A stretch of 64,000 nucleotides of DNA from Gemmatimonadota bacterium (GTDB lineage Bacteria; Gemmatimonadota; Gemmatimonadetes; Gemmatimonadales; GWC2-71-9), in contig JAOTWJ010000004.1 in the NCBI GenBank assembly GCA_029862925.1, positions 503-64,502 on the forward strand, read 5' to 3'. A program made the translations under genes and the position numbers. The notes under the pieces were generated by a model that had not been told where the DNA came from, ran no database searches, and saw only the letters and a list, made by a program, of their open reading frames with translations. Positions 26,077 to 37,752 of this stretch are shown here, piece by piece. Within the stretch, counting starts at the first letter, position 1, and each line of letters begins with the position of its first letter.

Positions 26077-29000
26077 GTGACCAACCACTCGGCACCGCAG
26101 CCCGACACCGCACGCACCGAGATCCCGGCGGACCTGCGCACGGCGCTGCTCACCATGAGTACGCGCATCGCTGAGGCCCCCGACGAGGACGCCGTGTGCC
26201 GCAGCGTGGTGCAGGCCCTGCATCACCAGGCGTTCGGGTTCGACGGCGTCGGCCTGTACCTTGCCGGCACCTCGACCTTCGAGCCGGCGCTGCGCGCCGC
26301 GGCCGGGACGTTCGCGGACGCCAAGGACGGCGGCTCCGAGCTGCGATTCCCGCTGCGCCTCGAGCAGAGCGCCATCGGCGAGCTGGTCGTGCGCCGGGGC
26401 CGCGAGCATTCCTTCAGCAAGGGCGACCTCGAGATTCTCGCCGCGGCGGCCAACCAGGCGAGCATCGCCATTGCCCGCGCCCGGCTGCTCGATGCCGAGC
26501 GCAAGCGGCTCGGCGAGCAGCGTGCCCTCCTCGACACCCTCGCCGATCTCTCCGGCCAGCTCGAGCTGGACAAGCTGCTGCACGCCGTGCTGGAGCGCGC
26601 GGTCGATCTGCTGAGCGTGACCGGGGGCGAGCTCGCGATCTACGACGAGCGCAGTCGTGAGCTCGTCATCGCCGCGAGCCACAACATGCCGACCAATGCC
26701 GTCGGAGCCCGCATGACGCTCGGCGAAGGCGCGATGGGCCGCGTGGCCGAGACGCACGAACCGCTCATCATTCCGCGGTACCAGGAATGGGCCGGCCGCT
26801 CCGCCCAGTACACTCAGAGCAGCGTCCAGTCGGTGATGGCGGCGCCGTTGCTCATCGGGGACCGTCTCGTCGGCGCGATCGCGAGCGTGCACGCCGATCC
26901 GGCCCACACCTTCGGTGAGGGCGACCTGCGACTGCTCGGCCTGTTCGCCGCGCAGGCGGCCATCGCGATCGAGAACGCGCGTCTCTATACCGTGGAGCGC
27001 GAGCGGGCGACCGAACAAGAGGCGCTGCTCGACTCGCTCGCCGACCTCTCCGGCGAGCTCGAGCTGTCGAAGACCCTGCAGGCCGTGCTCGTCCGCGCAG
27101 TCGGCCTGCTCGACGTCACGGGCGGGGAGCTGGCCATCTACGAGGAGGGCACCGAGAGCCTCGTCGTGATGGCCAGTCACAACATGGAGACCAACGCGGT
27201 CGGGACGCGCATGGCGATCGGCGAAGGCGCCATGGGCCACGTGGCCAAGGCCCACGAGCCGCTCATCATTCCGCGCTATCAGGACTGGGAGGGGCGCTCG
27301 GCCCAGTACACGCAGAGCTCGGTCCAGTCCGTGATGGCGGTGCCGCTCATGATCGGGTCCCGGCTGGTGGGCGCGCTGGCGAGCGTCCACTCGGATCCCA
27401 AGCGTGAGTTCAGTGACGCGGACCTGCGCCGCCTCACGATGTTCGCGCCCCAAGCCGCCATTGCCATCGAAAACGCCCGGCTCTTCACGGCCGAGCGACG
27501 GCGGGCGGGGGAACAACGGGCACTGCTCGACACGATGAAGGACCTCTCGGGCGAGCTGGAGTTGGGCAAGGTCTTGCAGGGCGTGTTGCAGCGCGCCGTG
27601 ACCCTGCTCGGCGTCACCGGTGGCGAGCTCGCCACCTTCGACGAAACCCAGCAGACCCTGGTGGTCGCGGCGTCTCACAACCTCGAGACCGATGCGGTCG
27701 GCACGCGCATGCGCCTGGGTGAAGGCGCCATGGGCCACGTCGCCAAGACGCACGAGCCCCTCATCATCCCCCGCTACCAGGAGTGGCAGGGGCGCTCGCC
27801 CCAGTACACCCAGAGCAGCGTGCAGGCCGTCATGGCGGCACCGCTCCTGATCGGGAACCGGCTCGTGGGCGCCATCGCCAGCGTGCACTCGGATCCGCAT
27901 CGCGTCTTCGGCCCCGAAGACCTGCGGCTGCTGCAGCTGTTTGCCCCCCAGGCGGCGATCGCGATCGAGAATGCCCGCCTCTATGCCGCGCAGCAGCGCT
28001 ACTTCGAGAGCCTCGTGCTCAACAACCCCGTGGCCATCGCCAACCTCGACCTCGACTTCAACATCGTGTCGTGCAATCCGGCCTTCGAGCGGTTGTTCGG
28101 CTACACCGAAACGGAGATCATCGGACAGAATCTCGACCGGCTCGTCACCACCGAGGCCACGCTGGCCGAAGCGCAGTCGTACACCGGCGAAGCGGTGGAG
28201 GGGCGCACCGCCGGCGGCACCGGGAAGCGACGCCGCAAGGATGGCAGCTTCGTGGATGTCGAGATCTTCGCCATTCCAGTGTTCGTCGGTGAGGCCCGGG
28301 TCGGGATGATGGGACTGTACCACGACATCACGGAGTTGTTGCAGGCGCGGCGCGAGGCGGAGGCGGCCAATTCCGCCAAGAGCCAGTTCCTGGCCAGCAT
28401 GAGCCACGAGCTGCGCACGCCCTTGAATGCCATCATCGGCTACAGCGAGATGCTGCAGGAAGACGCCACCGACGCCGGCCAGCCGGCGTTCGTGCCCGAT
28501 CTCGAGAAGATCCACGCCGCCGGCCAGCACCTGTTGGCCCTGATCAACGACGTGCTTGATCTCTCCAAGATCGAGGCCGGCAAGATGGAGCTCTTCGTCG
28601 AGGAGTTCGACGTGCCGGAGGCCGTCACGGGGGTGGCGACGACCGTGCGGCCGCTGATCCTGAAGAACGGCAACACGCTGGTGGTCGAGGGCGCCGCGGC
28701 GGCGGGCCGCATGCGGTCGGATGCCACGCGGCTGCGCCAGATCCTGCTCAATCTGCTCTCCAACGCGTCGAAGTTCACCGAGGGGGGGACGATCACGCTG
28801 GCGGTGGCGCGGGCGGCGGGGTGGGTGACGTTCCAGGTGCGGGACACCGGGATCGGGATGACGGCCGAGCAGCGCGACCGGCTGTTCGAGGCGTTCACGC
28901 AGGCCGAGGCGTCGACGGCGGCGAAGTATGGCGGCACGGGGTTGGGGCTCACGATCAGCCGCCGGTTCTGTCAGATGATGGGTGGGGACATCACCGTTGC

Positions 29001-29892
29001 CAGCACGCCCGGCCAGGGGTCGACCTTCACGGTGCGCCTGCCCGTCACCGCGCCGGGGCCCCAGCCGGCGGGGGCCCCGGGGCCCGACCCGGCCGCGACG
29101 CCCGCCGGCGACGGGTCCCCCTCGGCCACCGCCGGCACCGTCCTCGTCATCGACGACGACCCGGCGGTGCGCAATCTGATGGCGCGGTTTCTGCGCAAGG
29201 AGGGCTACCGGGTCCTGCTGGCCGCCGACGGCCGGACAGGCATCGAGCTGGCGCGCTCGCAACGCCCCAACGCGGTGACGCTCGACGTGCTCATGCCCGA
29301 CCTCGACGGCTGGACCGTCCTGACGACCTTCAAGGAGGACCCGGCGCTCGCGGACATCCCCGTGATCATGGTGACCATCCTGGACGAGCAACGCCTCGGC
29401 TTTGCGCTCGGCGCGTCCGAGTACCTCACCAAGCCGATCGATCGCGCGCGGCTGCGGCGGGTGATCGGCACGTACGTGCCCGAGCGAGGGTCCGGTCGCG
29501 TGCTGATCGTGGATGACGACGCCGGCACGCGGACCCAGCTGCGCCGCGCGCTCGAGGCCGACGACTGGGCGGTCGCGGAGGCGGAGAACGGGCGCCGCGC
29601 GCTCGAACGGCTGGACGAGGGGCCGTTGGCGCTCGTGCTGCTCGACCTGATGATGCCCGAGATGGACGGCTTCGAGTTCCTCGAAGCGCTCCGGGCCCGC
29701 GAGACGGGACGCCGCACGCCCGTCGTCATCGTCACCGCCAAGGACCTGAGCGACGAAGACCATCGCCGCCTCACCGGCAGCGTCGAGCGCGTCGTCTCCA
29801 AGACGGATCGCGACCGTCAGACGCTGCTCGGCGAAGTCCGCGATCTCGTCGCCGCGTGCGTCGCCGCCCCGTCCCGACCGAACGGGCCATGA
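26077..29892 (+). CDS. Cytoplasmic hybrid histidine kinase: 4 GAF-PAS-HisKA-HATPase-REC-REC
   Basis: Shortened first GAF, then three 166-aa GAF repeats; PAS ([10 protein letters not shown]); [30 protein letters not shown]; two receivers. No TM segment. Start uncertain (GTG 26077; ORF from 26005). Confidence 0.93.
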   Translation: MTNHSAPQPDTARTEIPADLRTALLTMSTRIAEAPDEDAVCRSVVQALHHQAFGFDGVGLYLAGTSTFEPALRAAAGTFADAKDGGSELRFPLRLEQSAIGELVVRRGREHSFSKGDLEILAAAANQASIAIARARLLDAERKRLGEQRALLDTLADLSGQLELDKLLHAVLERAVDLLSVTGGELAIYDERSRELVIAASHNMPTNAVGARMTLGEGAMGRVAETHEPLIIPRYQEWAGRSAQYTQSSVQSVMAAPLLIGDRLVGAIASVHADPAHTFGEGDLRLLGLFAAQAAIAIENARLYTVERERATEQEALLDSLADLSGELELSKTLQAVLVRAVGLLDVTGGELAIYEEGTESLVVMASHNMETNAVGTRMAIGEGAMGHVAKAHEPLIIPRYQDWEGRSAQYTQSSVQSVMAVPLMIGSRLVGALASVHSDPKREFSDADLRRLTMFAPQAAIAIENARLFTAERRRAGEQRALLDTMKDLSGELELGKVLQGVLQRAVTLLGVTGGELATFDETQQTLVVAASHNLETDAVGTRMRLGEGAMGHVAKTHEPLIIPRYQEWQGRSPQYTQSSVQAVMAAPLLIGNRLVGAIASVHSDPHRVFGPEDLRLLQLFAPQAAIAIENARLYAAQQRYFESLVLNNPVAIANLDLDFNIVSCNPAFERLFGYTETEIIGQNLDRLVTTEATLAEAQSYTGEAVEGRTAGGTGKRRRKDGSFVDVEIFAIPVFVGEARVGMMGLYHDITELLQARREAEAANSAKSQFLASMSHELRTPLNAIIGYSEMLQEDATDAGQPAFVPDLEKIHAAGQHLLALINDVLDLSKIEAGKMELFVEEFDVPEAVTGVATTVRPLILKNGNTLVVEGAAAAGRMRSDATRLRQILLNLLSNASKFTEGGTITLAVARAAGWVTFQVRDTGIGMTAEQRDRLFEAFTQAEASTAAKYGGTGLGLTISRRFCQMMGGDITVASTPGQGSTFTVRLPVTAPGPQPAGAPGPDPAATPAGDGSPSATAGTVLVIDDDPAVRNLMARFLRKEGYRVLLAADGRTGIELARSQRPNAVTLDVLMPDLDGWTVLTTFKEDPALADIPVIMVTILDEQRLGFALGASEYLTKPIDRARLRRVIGTYVPERGSGRVLIVDDDAGTRTQLRRALEADDWAVAEAENGRRALERLDEGPLALVLLDLMMPEMDGFEFLEALRARETGRRTPVVIVTAKDLSDEDHRRLTGSVERVVSKTDRDRQTLLGEVRDLVAACVAAPSRPNGP
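26515..28008 (+). repeat. Three tandem intragenic GAF repeats, 498-nt period
   Basis: EQ.ALLD...DLSG.LEL begins at 26515, 27013 and 27511; homologous units recur in the next two kinases. Confidence 0.85.
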
Positions 29893-32800
29893 GCGTCAAG
29901 CGACGCGCACCGCGGTCGACCACGGGCGTCGTGGCCCGCCGGCAGGCGGCATTGCTGCGCCTCGGCACCGCGATCGCGGTGGCCGAGACAGAGCGGGACG
30001 TCTGCCGGGCCGTCGTGGAGGGTCTGCACGACGCGGCCCTCGGATACGACTTCCTGGCGCTGCTGCTGGTCGACCGGGTCACCGGCGACCGGGTACTCGT
30101 CGCGAGTGCCGGCTGGGCGGAGGTGCCCGGCGACCTGCGCATCCGCCCTGGCCGGGGCCTGAGCGAGCGCCCGCTGCTCGACGGCCGGCTGCACTACACG
30201 CCGCAGGTCACGCGCGACACCCGGTACCTGCCGACCCGCAATGAGGGGTCCGAAGTCGACGTCCCGCTGCAGGTCAACCGTGAACTCGTCGGCGTGCTCG
30301 TGGTGGAAAGCAATCGCCCCGACGCGTTCGGGCCGGACGATTTCGAGATTCTCACGGCCGCCGCCAATCAGGCGGGGATCGCGATCGGGCGGACGCGGCT
30401 GCTGCACGCCCTGCACCGGCGCGCGGCGGAGGAGGAGGCCCTCCGCGCGACCATGGCCGATCTCTCCGGCCACCTCGAGCTCTCCACGCTCCTCCAGACC
30501 GTGCTCGATCGCGCCGTCACGCTGCTCGCCGTGAGTCACGGTGAGCTGGCCATCTACGACCCGCAGGCCGAGGAACTCGAGGTCGTCGCCAGCCGCAACG
30601 TGGGCCGCAGCGACACCACCGGCACACGCATGAAGGTGGGCGAAGGGGCCATGGGCCACGTGGCCCGCACCCGCGAGCCGCTGATCATCCCGCGGTACCA
30701 GGAATGGGTCGGCCGATCGCCGCAGTACGCGGAGGTGGAATTCTCCGGCGTCATGGTGGCACCGCTGCTGATGGCCGGTCAGCTCGTCGGGGCGATCGCG
30801 TTCATGGACAAGGACCCCGCGCGCCAGTTCGGCGAGGGCGACCTGCGGCTGCTCAACCTGTTCGCCGCCCAGGCGGCGGTGGCGATCGAGAACGCCCGGC
30901 TCTTTACCGCCGAACGGCGGCGGGCGGAAGAGCAGCAGGCCCTGCTCGACACGATGCAGGACCTGTCGGGGGAGCTCGAGCTCGGCAAGGTGCTCCAGGG
31001 GGTGCTCGAGCGGGCCGTCACGCTGCTGGATGTGACGGGCGGCGAGCTCGCGACCTTCGACGAGGTGCGGCAGGATCTCGTGATCGTCGCGAGCCACAAC
31101 ATGGGCGTCGATGCCGTGGGCACCCGCATGGCGCTCGGCGAAGGCGCGATGGGCCGGGTCGCCGAAACGCACGAGTCGCTCATCATTCCCCACTACCAGG
31201 AGTGGGCCAGCCGCTCCGGCAAGTACACCCAGAGCACCGTGCAGACGGTGATGGCCGCGCCGCTGCTGATCGGCGGCCGCCTCGCCGGAGCCATCGCCAG
31301 CGTGCATTCCGACCCCGCGCGCGTCTTCGGGCCTGAAGACCTGCGGCTCCTCGAGATGTTCGCGCCACAGGCGGCGATCGCCATCGAGAACGCCCGCCTC
31401 TTCACGGCCGCCAGCCGGCAGAAGCAGTATTTCGAAGAACTCGTGCTCAACAGCCCGGTGGCCGTCGTCACGCTCGACGCCGATCACAACGCCGTCGCCT
31501 GCAACCCGGCGTTCGAGCGGCTGTTCGGCTACACCGAGGCGGAGGTGCGCGGACGAAACCTCGACGACCTCATCACGACCGACGCCACCCGCGCGCAAGC
31601 CGTCGCGTACACCCAGCAGGCCCTCTCCCGGCGCCCCGTGAAGGTCATCAGCCAACGCCGCCGCAAGGATCACACGCTCGTGGACGTGGAGGTTCTCGGC
31701 GTCCCGATCGTGGTGGACGGCGAGCGCGTCGGCCTGATGGCGTTGTACCACGACATCACCGAGCTGCTGCTGGCGCGGCGCGAGGCCGAAGCCGCCAACT
31801 CCGCCAAGAGCCAGTTCCTGGCCAGCATGAGCCACGAGCTGCGCACGCCCTTGAACGCCATCATCGGCTACAGCGAGATGCTCGAGGAGGAACTGCAGGA
31901 CCGGGGCGACGAGCAGCTGTTGCCCGACCTCCGGAAGATCCACGCCGCCGGGAAGCACCTGCTGTCTCTGATCAACGACGTGCTCGATCTCTCCAAGATC
32001 GAGGCAGGCAAAATGGAGCTGTTTGCCGAGACTTTCGCCGTGCGGCCGATGCTGAATGACGTGATGACCACCGTGCAACCGCTCGTCGCCAAGAACGCGA
32101 ACACGCTCGTGCTGGACTGTGCCCCCGATGTGGGGAGCATGCACACCGATCTGACCCGGGTGCGCCAGGTGTTGCTGAACCTGCTGTCCAACGCGAGCAA
32201 GTTCACCGAGGCCGGGACGATCACCCTGCGCGCGCGGCGGGCGGGCGACATCGTGGAACTGGCCGTGGCGGACAGCGGGATCGGAATGACGCCGGAGCAA
32301 CTGCAACGCCTGTTCGAGGCCTTCACGCAGGCGGAGGCGTCCACCACGCGTCGGTTCGGTGGCACCGGCCTGGGGTTGACGATCAGCCGCCGGTTCTGTC
32401 AGATGATGGGCGGCGATATCGCGGTGACGAGCACCGCGGGCCAGGGGTCGACGTTCACGGTCCGCCTCCCCGCCACCTTGGCCGCCGACCAGCCGCCGGC
32501 GCCGGTCACCACGGACGTGGGTGCGGAGCCGGCGCCCGGCGACGGGACCGCCGGTACCGTGCTCGTGATCGACGACGATCCAGTCGCGCGGAACCTGGTG
32601 CGCCGGAACCTGGCCAAGGCCGGCTATCGCGTGGAGGAAGCCGGCGACGGGCCGACCGGACTCGCGCGGGCCCGCGCGCTCCGCCCGGACGTGATCACGC
32701 TCGACGTCATGATGCCGGGCATGGACGGCTGGGCCGTGCTCACGGCGCTCAAGGGCGACGCCGACGTCGCCGACATCCCGGTGGTCATGCTGAGCATCCT

Positions 32801-33308
32801 CGACGAGAAGACCATGGGCTTCACGCTGGGCGCATCGGACTACCTCACCAAACCGATCGATCGGCCACGCCTGCTCGCGGCCCTCGAGCGCTGCGCCGCG
32901 CGCGGCACCGCGGACGCCGAGGGCGTGCTCCTCGTGGAAGATGATGCGGACACCCGCGCCATGCTCCGCCGCATGCTGGAACGTGCCGGCTGGTCCGTGG
33001 CCGAGGCCGCCAATGGCCGCATCGCGCTCGAACAGCTCGCCACCCACACACCCCAGATCGTGCTGCTCGACCTGATGATGCCCGAGGTGGATGGGTTCGA
33101 GTTCCTCGAGGCGGTCCGGCAGCGGCCCGAGCTGAAGACCCTCCCCGTGATCGTGATCACGGCCAAGGACCTGACCGATGAGGATCTGCGCCGGCTGAAC
33201 GGTGGGGTCCAGGAGATCGTCCGCAAACGCGCCCATGGGGAGGACGAGTTGCTCGCCGAGATCCGCGACCTGGTGGCCACGCGGACCGACGTGGGGCGGG
33301 GGGCATAA
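29889..33308 (+). CDS. Cytoplasmic hybrid histidine kinase: 3 GAF-PAS-HisKA-HATPase-REC-REC
   Basis: ATGA overlap with the previous gene; the same motifs, with one N-terminal GAF and two repeat-type GAFs. Confidence 0.93.
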   Translation: MSVKRRAPRSTTGVVARRQAALLRLGTAIAVAETERDVCRAVVEGLHDAALGYDFLALLLVDRVTGDRVLVASAGWAEVPGDLRIRPGRGLSERPLLDGRLHYTPQVTRDTRYLPTRNEGSEVDVPLQVNRELVGVLVVESNRPDAFGPDDFEILTAAANQAGIAIGRTRLLHALHRRAAEEEALRATMADLSGHLELSTLLQTVLDRAVTLLAVSHGELAIYDPQAEELEVVASRNVGRSDTTGTRMKVGEGAMGHVARTREPLIIPRYQEWVGRSPQYAEVEFSGVMVAPLLMAGQLVGAIAFMDKDPARQFGEGDLRLLNLFAAQAAVAIENARLFTAERRRAEEQQALLDTMQDLSGELELGKVLQGVLERAVTLLDVTGGELATFDEVRQDLVIVASHNMGVDAVGTRMALGEGAMGRVAETHESLIIPHYQEWASRSGKYTQSTVQTVMAAPLLIGGRLAGAIASVHSDPARVFGPEDLRLLEMFAPQAAIAIENARLFTAASRQKQYFEELVLNSPVAVVTLDADHNAVACNPAFERLFGYTEAEVRGRNLDDLITTDATRAQAVAYTQQALSRRPVKVISQRRRKDHTLVDVEVLGVPIVVDGERVGLMALYHDITELLLARREAEAANSAKSQFLASMSHELRTPLNAIIGYSEMLEEELQDRGDEQLLPDLRKIHAAGKHLLSLINDVLDLSKIEAGKMELFAETFAVRPMLNDVMTTVQPLVAKNANTLVLDCAPDVGSMHTDLTRVRQVLLNLLSNASKFTEAGTITLRARRAGDIVELAVADSGIGMTPEQLQRLFEAFTQAEASTTRRFGGTGLGLTISRRFCQMMGGDIAVTSTAGQGSTFTVRLPATLAADQPPAPVTTDVGAEPAPGDGTAGTVLVIDDDPVARNLVRRNLAKAGYRVEEAGDGPTGLARARALRPDVITLDVMMPGMDGWAVLTALKGDADVADIPVVMLSILDEKTMGFTLGASDYLTKPIDRPRLLAALERCAARGTADAEGVLLVEDDADTRAMLRRMLERAGWSVAEAANGRIALEQLATHTPQIVLLDLMMPEVDGFEFLEAVRQRPELKTLPVIVITAKDLTDEDLRRLNGGVQEIVRKRAHGEDELLAEIRDLVATRTDVGRGA

Positions 33309-33313
33309 TCCCC

Positions 33314-35443
33314 GTGCCGCACCGGTCCCGCACCGGCCCGCGCACCACGAGCGCGCGCAGCGCGGCCGCCCATCGGCAGGCGGCCCTGCTCCGGCTGTCC
33401 ACGGCCATCGCGGCGGCCCAGGACGAGGAGGCGATCTACCGCAGCGTGGTCAACGGTCTCCACGACGAGGCCCTGGGCTACAACTTCCTCGGCGTGTTCC
33501 TGCTCGATTCGGAAACGGGAGACCGCGTGCTCCAGGCCAGCGTGGGATGGCCGGACGTCCCGACCGAGTGGCGGGTGCACCGGGGGGAGGGGTTGAGTGA
33601 GCAAGCGGTGCAGGACGGCAAGCTCCATTACACCCCCGACGTCACGCGCGAGTCGAAATATCTCCCCAGTCTGGCCAGTGGATCGGAGCTGGACGTGCCG
33701 CTGCGGGTGAACGGCCGCACGATCGGCGTCCTGGTGGTGGAGAGCGCCGAGCCCAACGCGTTCGGAGACGAGGACTTCGAGATCCTCCAGGCGGCCACCA
33801 ATCAGGCCGGTATTGCCATTGCCCGGGCACGCCTCCTCGAAGCCGAGCGGCGGCGCGCGGACGAGCACAAAGCCCTGCTCGATACCATGGCCGACCTCTC
33901 CTCGGAACTGGAGCTGTCGCGGGTCCTGCAAGCGGTGATCGAACGCGCGGTCACGCTGCTCGGCGTGACGGGCGGCGAAGTGGCCATCTATGAGGAGGAA
34001 ACGCGGGAACTCGTCGTCGTGGCGAGCGAGCGGATCGGCAAGGACTCCACCGGCACGCGGCTCAAGATGGGCGAGGGCGCCATGGGCACGGTCGCGCGCA
34101 CGCTCGAGCCACTGATCATCCCGTCCTATCACGAGTGGCTGGGGCAATCAGCGAAGTACGCCGACGTCCTGGTCCACTCGGTCATGGCGGCGCCACTGCT
34201 CATCGGCCGCCGACTGGTGGGCGCCATTGCCACGGTCCACTCGGATCCGGCCCGCGTGTTCAACCAGGAGGACCTGCGGCTGCTGAACCTGTTCGCGCCC
34301 CAAGCCGCCGTCGCGATCGAGAACGCCCGCCTGTACACCGCAGCGCAACGGCAACGGCAGTATTTCCGCGAACTCGTACGCAACAGCCCCGTCGCGATCG
34401 TCACGCTCAACCAGGTCTATCGCGTCGTCGAGTGCAACCCGGCCTTCGAGTCGCTGTTTGGGTATCCGCAGGCGGAGGCGGTCGGGCGCAATCTGGACGA
34501 GCTGATTGCCACCGACGCCACGCGCGAAGAGGCCGAGCAGTACACGCGCGAAGCGCTCGACCGGCCGGTGCACGGCATCGGCCGGCGCAAGCGCAAGGAC
34601 GGTACGATGGTGGACGTGGAGATCCTCGGCGTGCCCGTAATCGTCGACGACGAGCGCGTCGGTCTCATGGGATTGTACCACGACATCAGCGAGTTGCTCC
34701 AGGCCCGGCGCGACGCCGAAGCCGCCAACTCGGCCAAGAGCCAGTTCCTGGCGAGCATGAGCCACGAACTGCGCACCCCGCTCAACGCCATCATCGGCTA
34801 CAGCGAGATGCTCCAGGAAGAGGTCGAGGAGCTCCGGCAGCCGCAGCTGCAGGACGACCTCACGAAAATCAACACGGCCGGCCGGCACCTGCTGGAGCTC
34901 ATCAACGATATCCTCGATCTCTCCAAGATCGAAGCGGGCAAGATGCAGCTCCACCTGGAGACGTTTCCCATCGAGCCCATGCTGGAGGACGTGATCACGA
35001 CGGTCCGGCCGCTGGTGATGAAGAACGCCAACCACCTGGAGGTGCGGCGGGCCGATCGCCTGGGCACGCTGCGGGCGGATCTGACCAAGGTGCGTCAGAT
35101 GCTGCTGAACCTGCTGTCCAACGCGTGCAAGTTCACCGACCACGGGACCATCACCCTCTCGGCCGACCGGGACGACCAGCACGTGGTGTTCACGGTGCGG
35201 GACTCGGGCATCGGGATGACGGCCGAGCAGATGGAGCGGCTGTTCGAGGCGTTCGCGCAGGCGGACGCCGCGACCACCAGCAAGTACGGCGGCACGGGGC
35301 TCGGCCTGGTCATCACGAAACGTTTTGCACACCTGATGGGCGGCGACGTCCAGGTCATGAGCACGCCGGGCAAGGGCAGTACCTTCACGATCGAGCTGCC
35401 GGCACGGGGCCCCGACGGCGACCGCGAGCCGGCGACGGACTGA
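33314..35443 (+). CDS. Cytoplasmic histidine kinase: 2 GAF-PAS-HisKA-HATPase (no receiver)
   Basis: Paralog of the two upstream kinases; ends just after STFTIELP. Confidence 0.93.
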   Translation: MPHRSRTGPRTTSARSAAAHRQAALLRLSTAIAAAQDEEAIYRSVVNGLHDEALGYNFLGVFLLDSETGDRVLQASVGWPDVPTEWRVHRGEGLSEQAVQDGKLHYTPDVTRESKYLPSLASGSELDVPLRVNGRTIGVLVVESAEPNAFGDEDFEILQAATNQAGIAIARARLLEAERRRADEHKALLDTMADLSSELELSRVLQAVIERAVTLLGVTGGEVAIYEEETRELVVVASERIGKDSTGTRLKMGEGAMGTVARTLEPLIIPSYHEWLGQSAKYADVLVHSVMAAPLLIGRRLVGAIATVHSDPARVFNQEDLRLLNLFAPQAAVAIENARLYTAAQRQRQYFRELVRNSPVAIVTLNQVYRVVECNPAFESLFGYPQAEAVGRNLDELIATDATREEAEQYTREALDRPVHGIGRRKRKDGTMVDVEILGVPVIVDDERVGLMGLYHDISELLQARRDAEAANSAKSQFLASMSHELRTPLNAIIGYSEMLQEEVEELRQPQLQDDLTKINTAGRHLLELINDILDLSKIEAGKMQLHLETFPIEPMLEDVITTVRPLVMKNANHLEVRRADRLGTLRADLTKVRQMLLNLLSNACKFTDHGTITLSADRDDQHVVFTVRDSGIGMTAEQMERLFEAFAQADAATTSKYGGTGLGLVITKRFAHLMGGDVQVMSTPGKGSTFTIELPARGPDGDREPATD

Positions 35444-35461
35444 CGAGGAGGGAGCGAGGCG

Positions 35462-35833
35462 ATGGCGAGAATCCTCTTGGTCGAGGACAACGAGATGAAC
35501 CGCGACATGCTGTCGCGCCGACTCCAGCGCAAGGGGTACGAGATCACCATGGCAGTGGACGGCCGGGAAGGCGTGGACAAGGCGCGCACGGGGGGATTCG
35601 ACCTGATTCTGATGGACATGAGTCTCCCTGAAATCGACGGTTGGGAGGCCACCCGGCAGCTGCGCGCCGTTCCCGAGACTGAACACACCCCCATCATCGC
35701 GCTCACGGCCCACGCCATGGCGGGCGACCGCGAGAAGGCGCTGGAGGCAGGCTGCGATGACTACGACACCAAGCCGATCGAGCTGCCGCGGCTGCTCGAG
35801 AAGATCGAGACGCTCTTGAGGCGCGACGCGTGA
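35462..35833 (+). CDS. Single-domain response regulator (DivK-like)
   Basis: ILLVEDN, DLILMDMSLP.IDGW, IIALTAHAM, YDTKP; GGAGG RBS. Confidence 0.95.
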   Translation: MARILLVEDNEMNRDMLSRRLQRKGYEITMAVDGREGVDKARTGGFDLILMDMSLPEIDGWEATRQLRAVPETEHTPIIALTAHAMAGDREKALEAGCDDYDTKPIELPRLLEKIETLLRRDA

Positions 35834-37752
35834 CCGACTTCGCCGCCTTCGCCGGGCCGCTCACGCCGGAGCTCGCCTCCGAGTTGCGGCACGAACTGCG
35901 CACGCCCGTGAATCACATCGTGGGCTACGCGGAGATGCTGATCGAGGACGCCGAAGACGCGGGCGCGACCGAGCGCAAGGGCATGCTGGACGAGACGCTG
36001 ACCGCGGCGCGCGAGGTGTTGACGATCATCAATCAGATGCTTCCGCCTGGCGTCGCCACCATCGGTCGCGAAGCCGTCGATGGTCTGTTCGAGCGCCTGC
36101 GCACCCCGCAGGGCAAGATCGTCCACCTAGTCGACGGCCTGCTCGCAACGGTCACCGACGATTCCGCCGTCCAGGACCTCCACAAGATCCGCCGTGCAGC
36201 CCAACGCCTCGTCCCCGCACCCGCGGCGCCGGCACCGGCCGGCACGCCGCAGCCGGCGGCAGGACTCCCCAGTACTGCGGACGGCTCCACGCCGGCGCGG
36301 TTGCTCGTGGTCGACGACGACACCGGCAACCGCGATGTCCTCCGCCGTCGGCTCGAGCGCGAAGGGTATCAGGCCGAGTGCGCGGAGAACGGCCGCCAAG
36401 CCCTCGACCGCATCGCCGCGGAGCGGTTCGATCTCGTGCTGCTGGACGTCCTGATGCCGGAGCTCGACGGCTACGAGGTGCTCACGCGGCTCAAGGAGGC
36501 ACCGGCCACGCGCGACATCCCCGTCATCGTCATCTCGGCCCTCGACGACATGCCGAGCATCGTCCGCTGCATCGAGCGGGGCGCCGAAGACTATCTCACG
36601 AAGCCGTTCGACCCGATTCTGCTGCGCGCTCGGATCAGTGCGTCGCTCGAGAAGAAGCGCCTGCACGATCTGGAGCTGGAGTTCATCCGCCAGGTCGGGC
36701 GGGTGACCGAGGCCGCGACCGCGGTCGAGGACGGGACGTACCGGTCCGGGACGCTCGACGACGTCGCCGCCCGGGGCGATGCCCTCGGCCGCCTCGCCCG
36801 GGTCTTTGACGGGATGGCCGCGGAGGTACAGGCGCGGGAGCGGCGGCTGAAGGACCGGTTACGCGAGCTGCGGGCCGACATCGGCATTGCCCGCACGTCG
36901 CACGAGATGCCGGCGGTGCTCGATGGGGGGGCCCTCGAGCTCGGCCATCACTTCGCCGAACGCTACGAGATCGTGGCCATGATCGGCACCGGTGGCATGG
37001 GAACGGTGTACCGCGCCCGCGACCTGGAGCTCGACGAGGAAGTCGCCATCAAGACGCTCCGGCCGGAGCTGATGATGGACGAAACCCTGCTCGAGCGCTT
37101 CAAGAGCGAGATCCGGCTGGCCCGCCGCATCTCCCACCGCAACGTCGTGCGCACCCACGACTTCGGCGAGTGGCGCGGGGTGTCGTACTTGACGATGGAG
37201 TACGTCGAGGGACTCACCGTGCGCGACCTGATCCAGGCCCGCGGGCCGCTCCAGGCGCCGTCGGCCCTGGCCATCGCCACCCAGCTCGCGGAGTCGCTCA
37301 CCGTTGCCCACGAACAGGGAGTCGTCCATCGGGACATCAAGCCACAGAATCTGCTGCTCGACGCCAACGGCGTGCTGAAGGTGATGGACTTCGGGATCGC
37401 CCGGCTGGCCGAGAGCACGAGCGCGCTCACGGTTGCCGGACTCATCATTGGGACACCGGCCTACATGGCGCCCGAACAGCTGCTCGCAGAAACGGCGGAC
37501 GCCCGGAGCGACCTTTACGCCATGGGCGTGGTCCTGTACGAGTGCCTGACCGGCCAGCTGCCGTTCGACGCCCCGACCCCAGTCTCCCTCGTGGCCAAGG
37601 TGCTCAGCGAGGACCCGACCCCTCCGACCTCGCTCACCCCCGACATTCCCCCCGCCCTGTCCGCGCTCGTCCTCCGCCTGCTGGCCAAACGGCCCGAAGA
37701 TCGGGTCCAGTCGGCGAGCGAGCTCGCGGGCTTGCTCCGGCAGATCGGCTAG
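35830..37752 (+). CDS. HisKA-REC-HAMP-like-Ser/Thr protein kinase fusion
   Basis: HELRTPVNHIVGY (no HATPase); VVDDD/LLDVLMP/LTKPF; R.D.LG.LARVF..M HAMP-like segment; IGTGGMG, VAIK, HRDIKPQN, DFG, GTPAYMAPE. Confidence 0.9.
   Translation: MTDFAAFAGPLTPELASELRHELRTPVNHIVGYAEMLIEDAEDAGATERKGMLDETLTAAREVLTIINQMLPPGVATIGREAVDGLFERLRTPQGKIVHLVDGLLATVTDDSAVQDLHKIRRAAQRLVPAPAAPAPAGTPQPAAGLPSTADGSTPARLLVVDDDTGNRDVLRRRLEREGYQAECAENGRQALDRIAAERFDLVLLDVLMPELDGYEVLTRLKEAPATRDIPVIVISALDDMPSIVRCIERGAEDYLTKPFDPILLRARISASLEKKRLHDLELEFIRQVGRVTEAATAVEDGTYRSGTLDDVAARGDALGRLARVFDGMAAEVQARERRLKDRLRELRADIGIARTSHEMPAVLDGGALELGHHFAERYEIVAMIGTGGMGTVYRARDLELDEEVAIKTLRPELMMDETLLERFKSEIRLARRISHRNVVRTHDFGEWRGVSYLTMEYVEGLTVRDLIQARGPLQAPSALAIATQLAESLTVAHEQGVVHRDIKPQNLLLDANGVLKVMDFGIARLAESTSALTVAGLIIGTPAYMAPEQLLAETADARSDLYAMGVVLYECLTGQLPFDAPTPVSLVAKVLSEDPTPPTSLTPDIPPALSALVLRLLAKRPEDRVQSASELAGLLRQIG

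Noticed and set aside
26515-28008. CRISPR-like or phytochrome/cyanobacteriochrome interpretation of the repeats
   Set aside because: The repeats are in-frame 498-nt protein domains without spacers, and they lack the bilin-binding Cys and the DIP/DxCF motifs.
25783-33236. Very long antisense ORFs (1326 aa and 1139 aa) opposite the histidine kinases
   Set aside because: They are shadow frames of GC3-biased genes with no recognisable motifs. The same applies to the other long Arg/Ala/Gly-rich alternative ORFs, e.g. 19245-21638, 10615-12678, 45296-47083 and 59495-61756.
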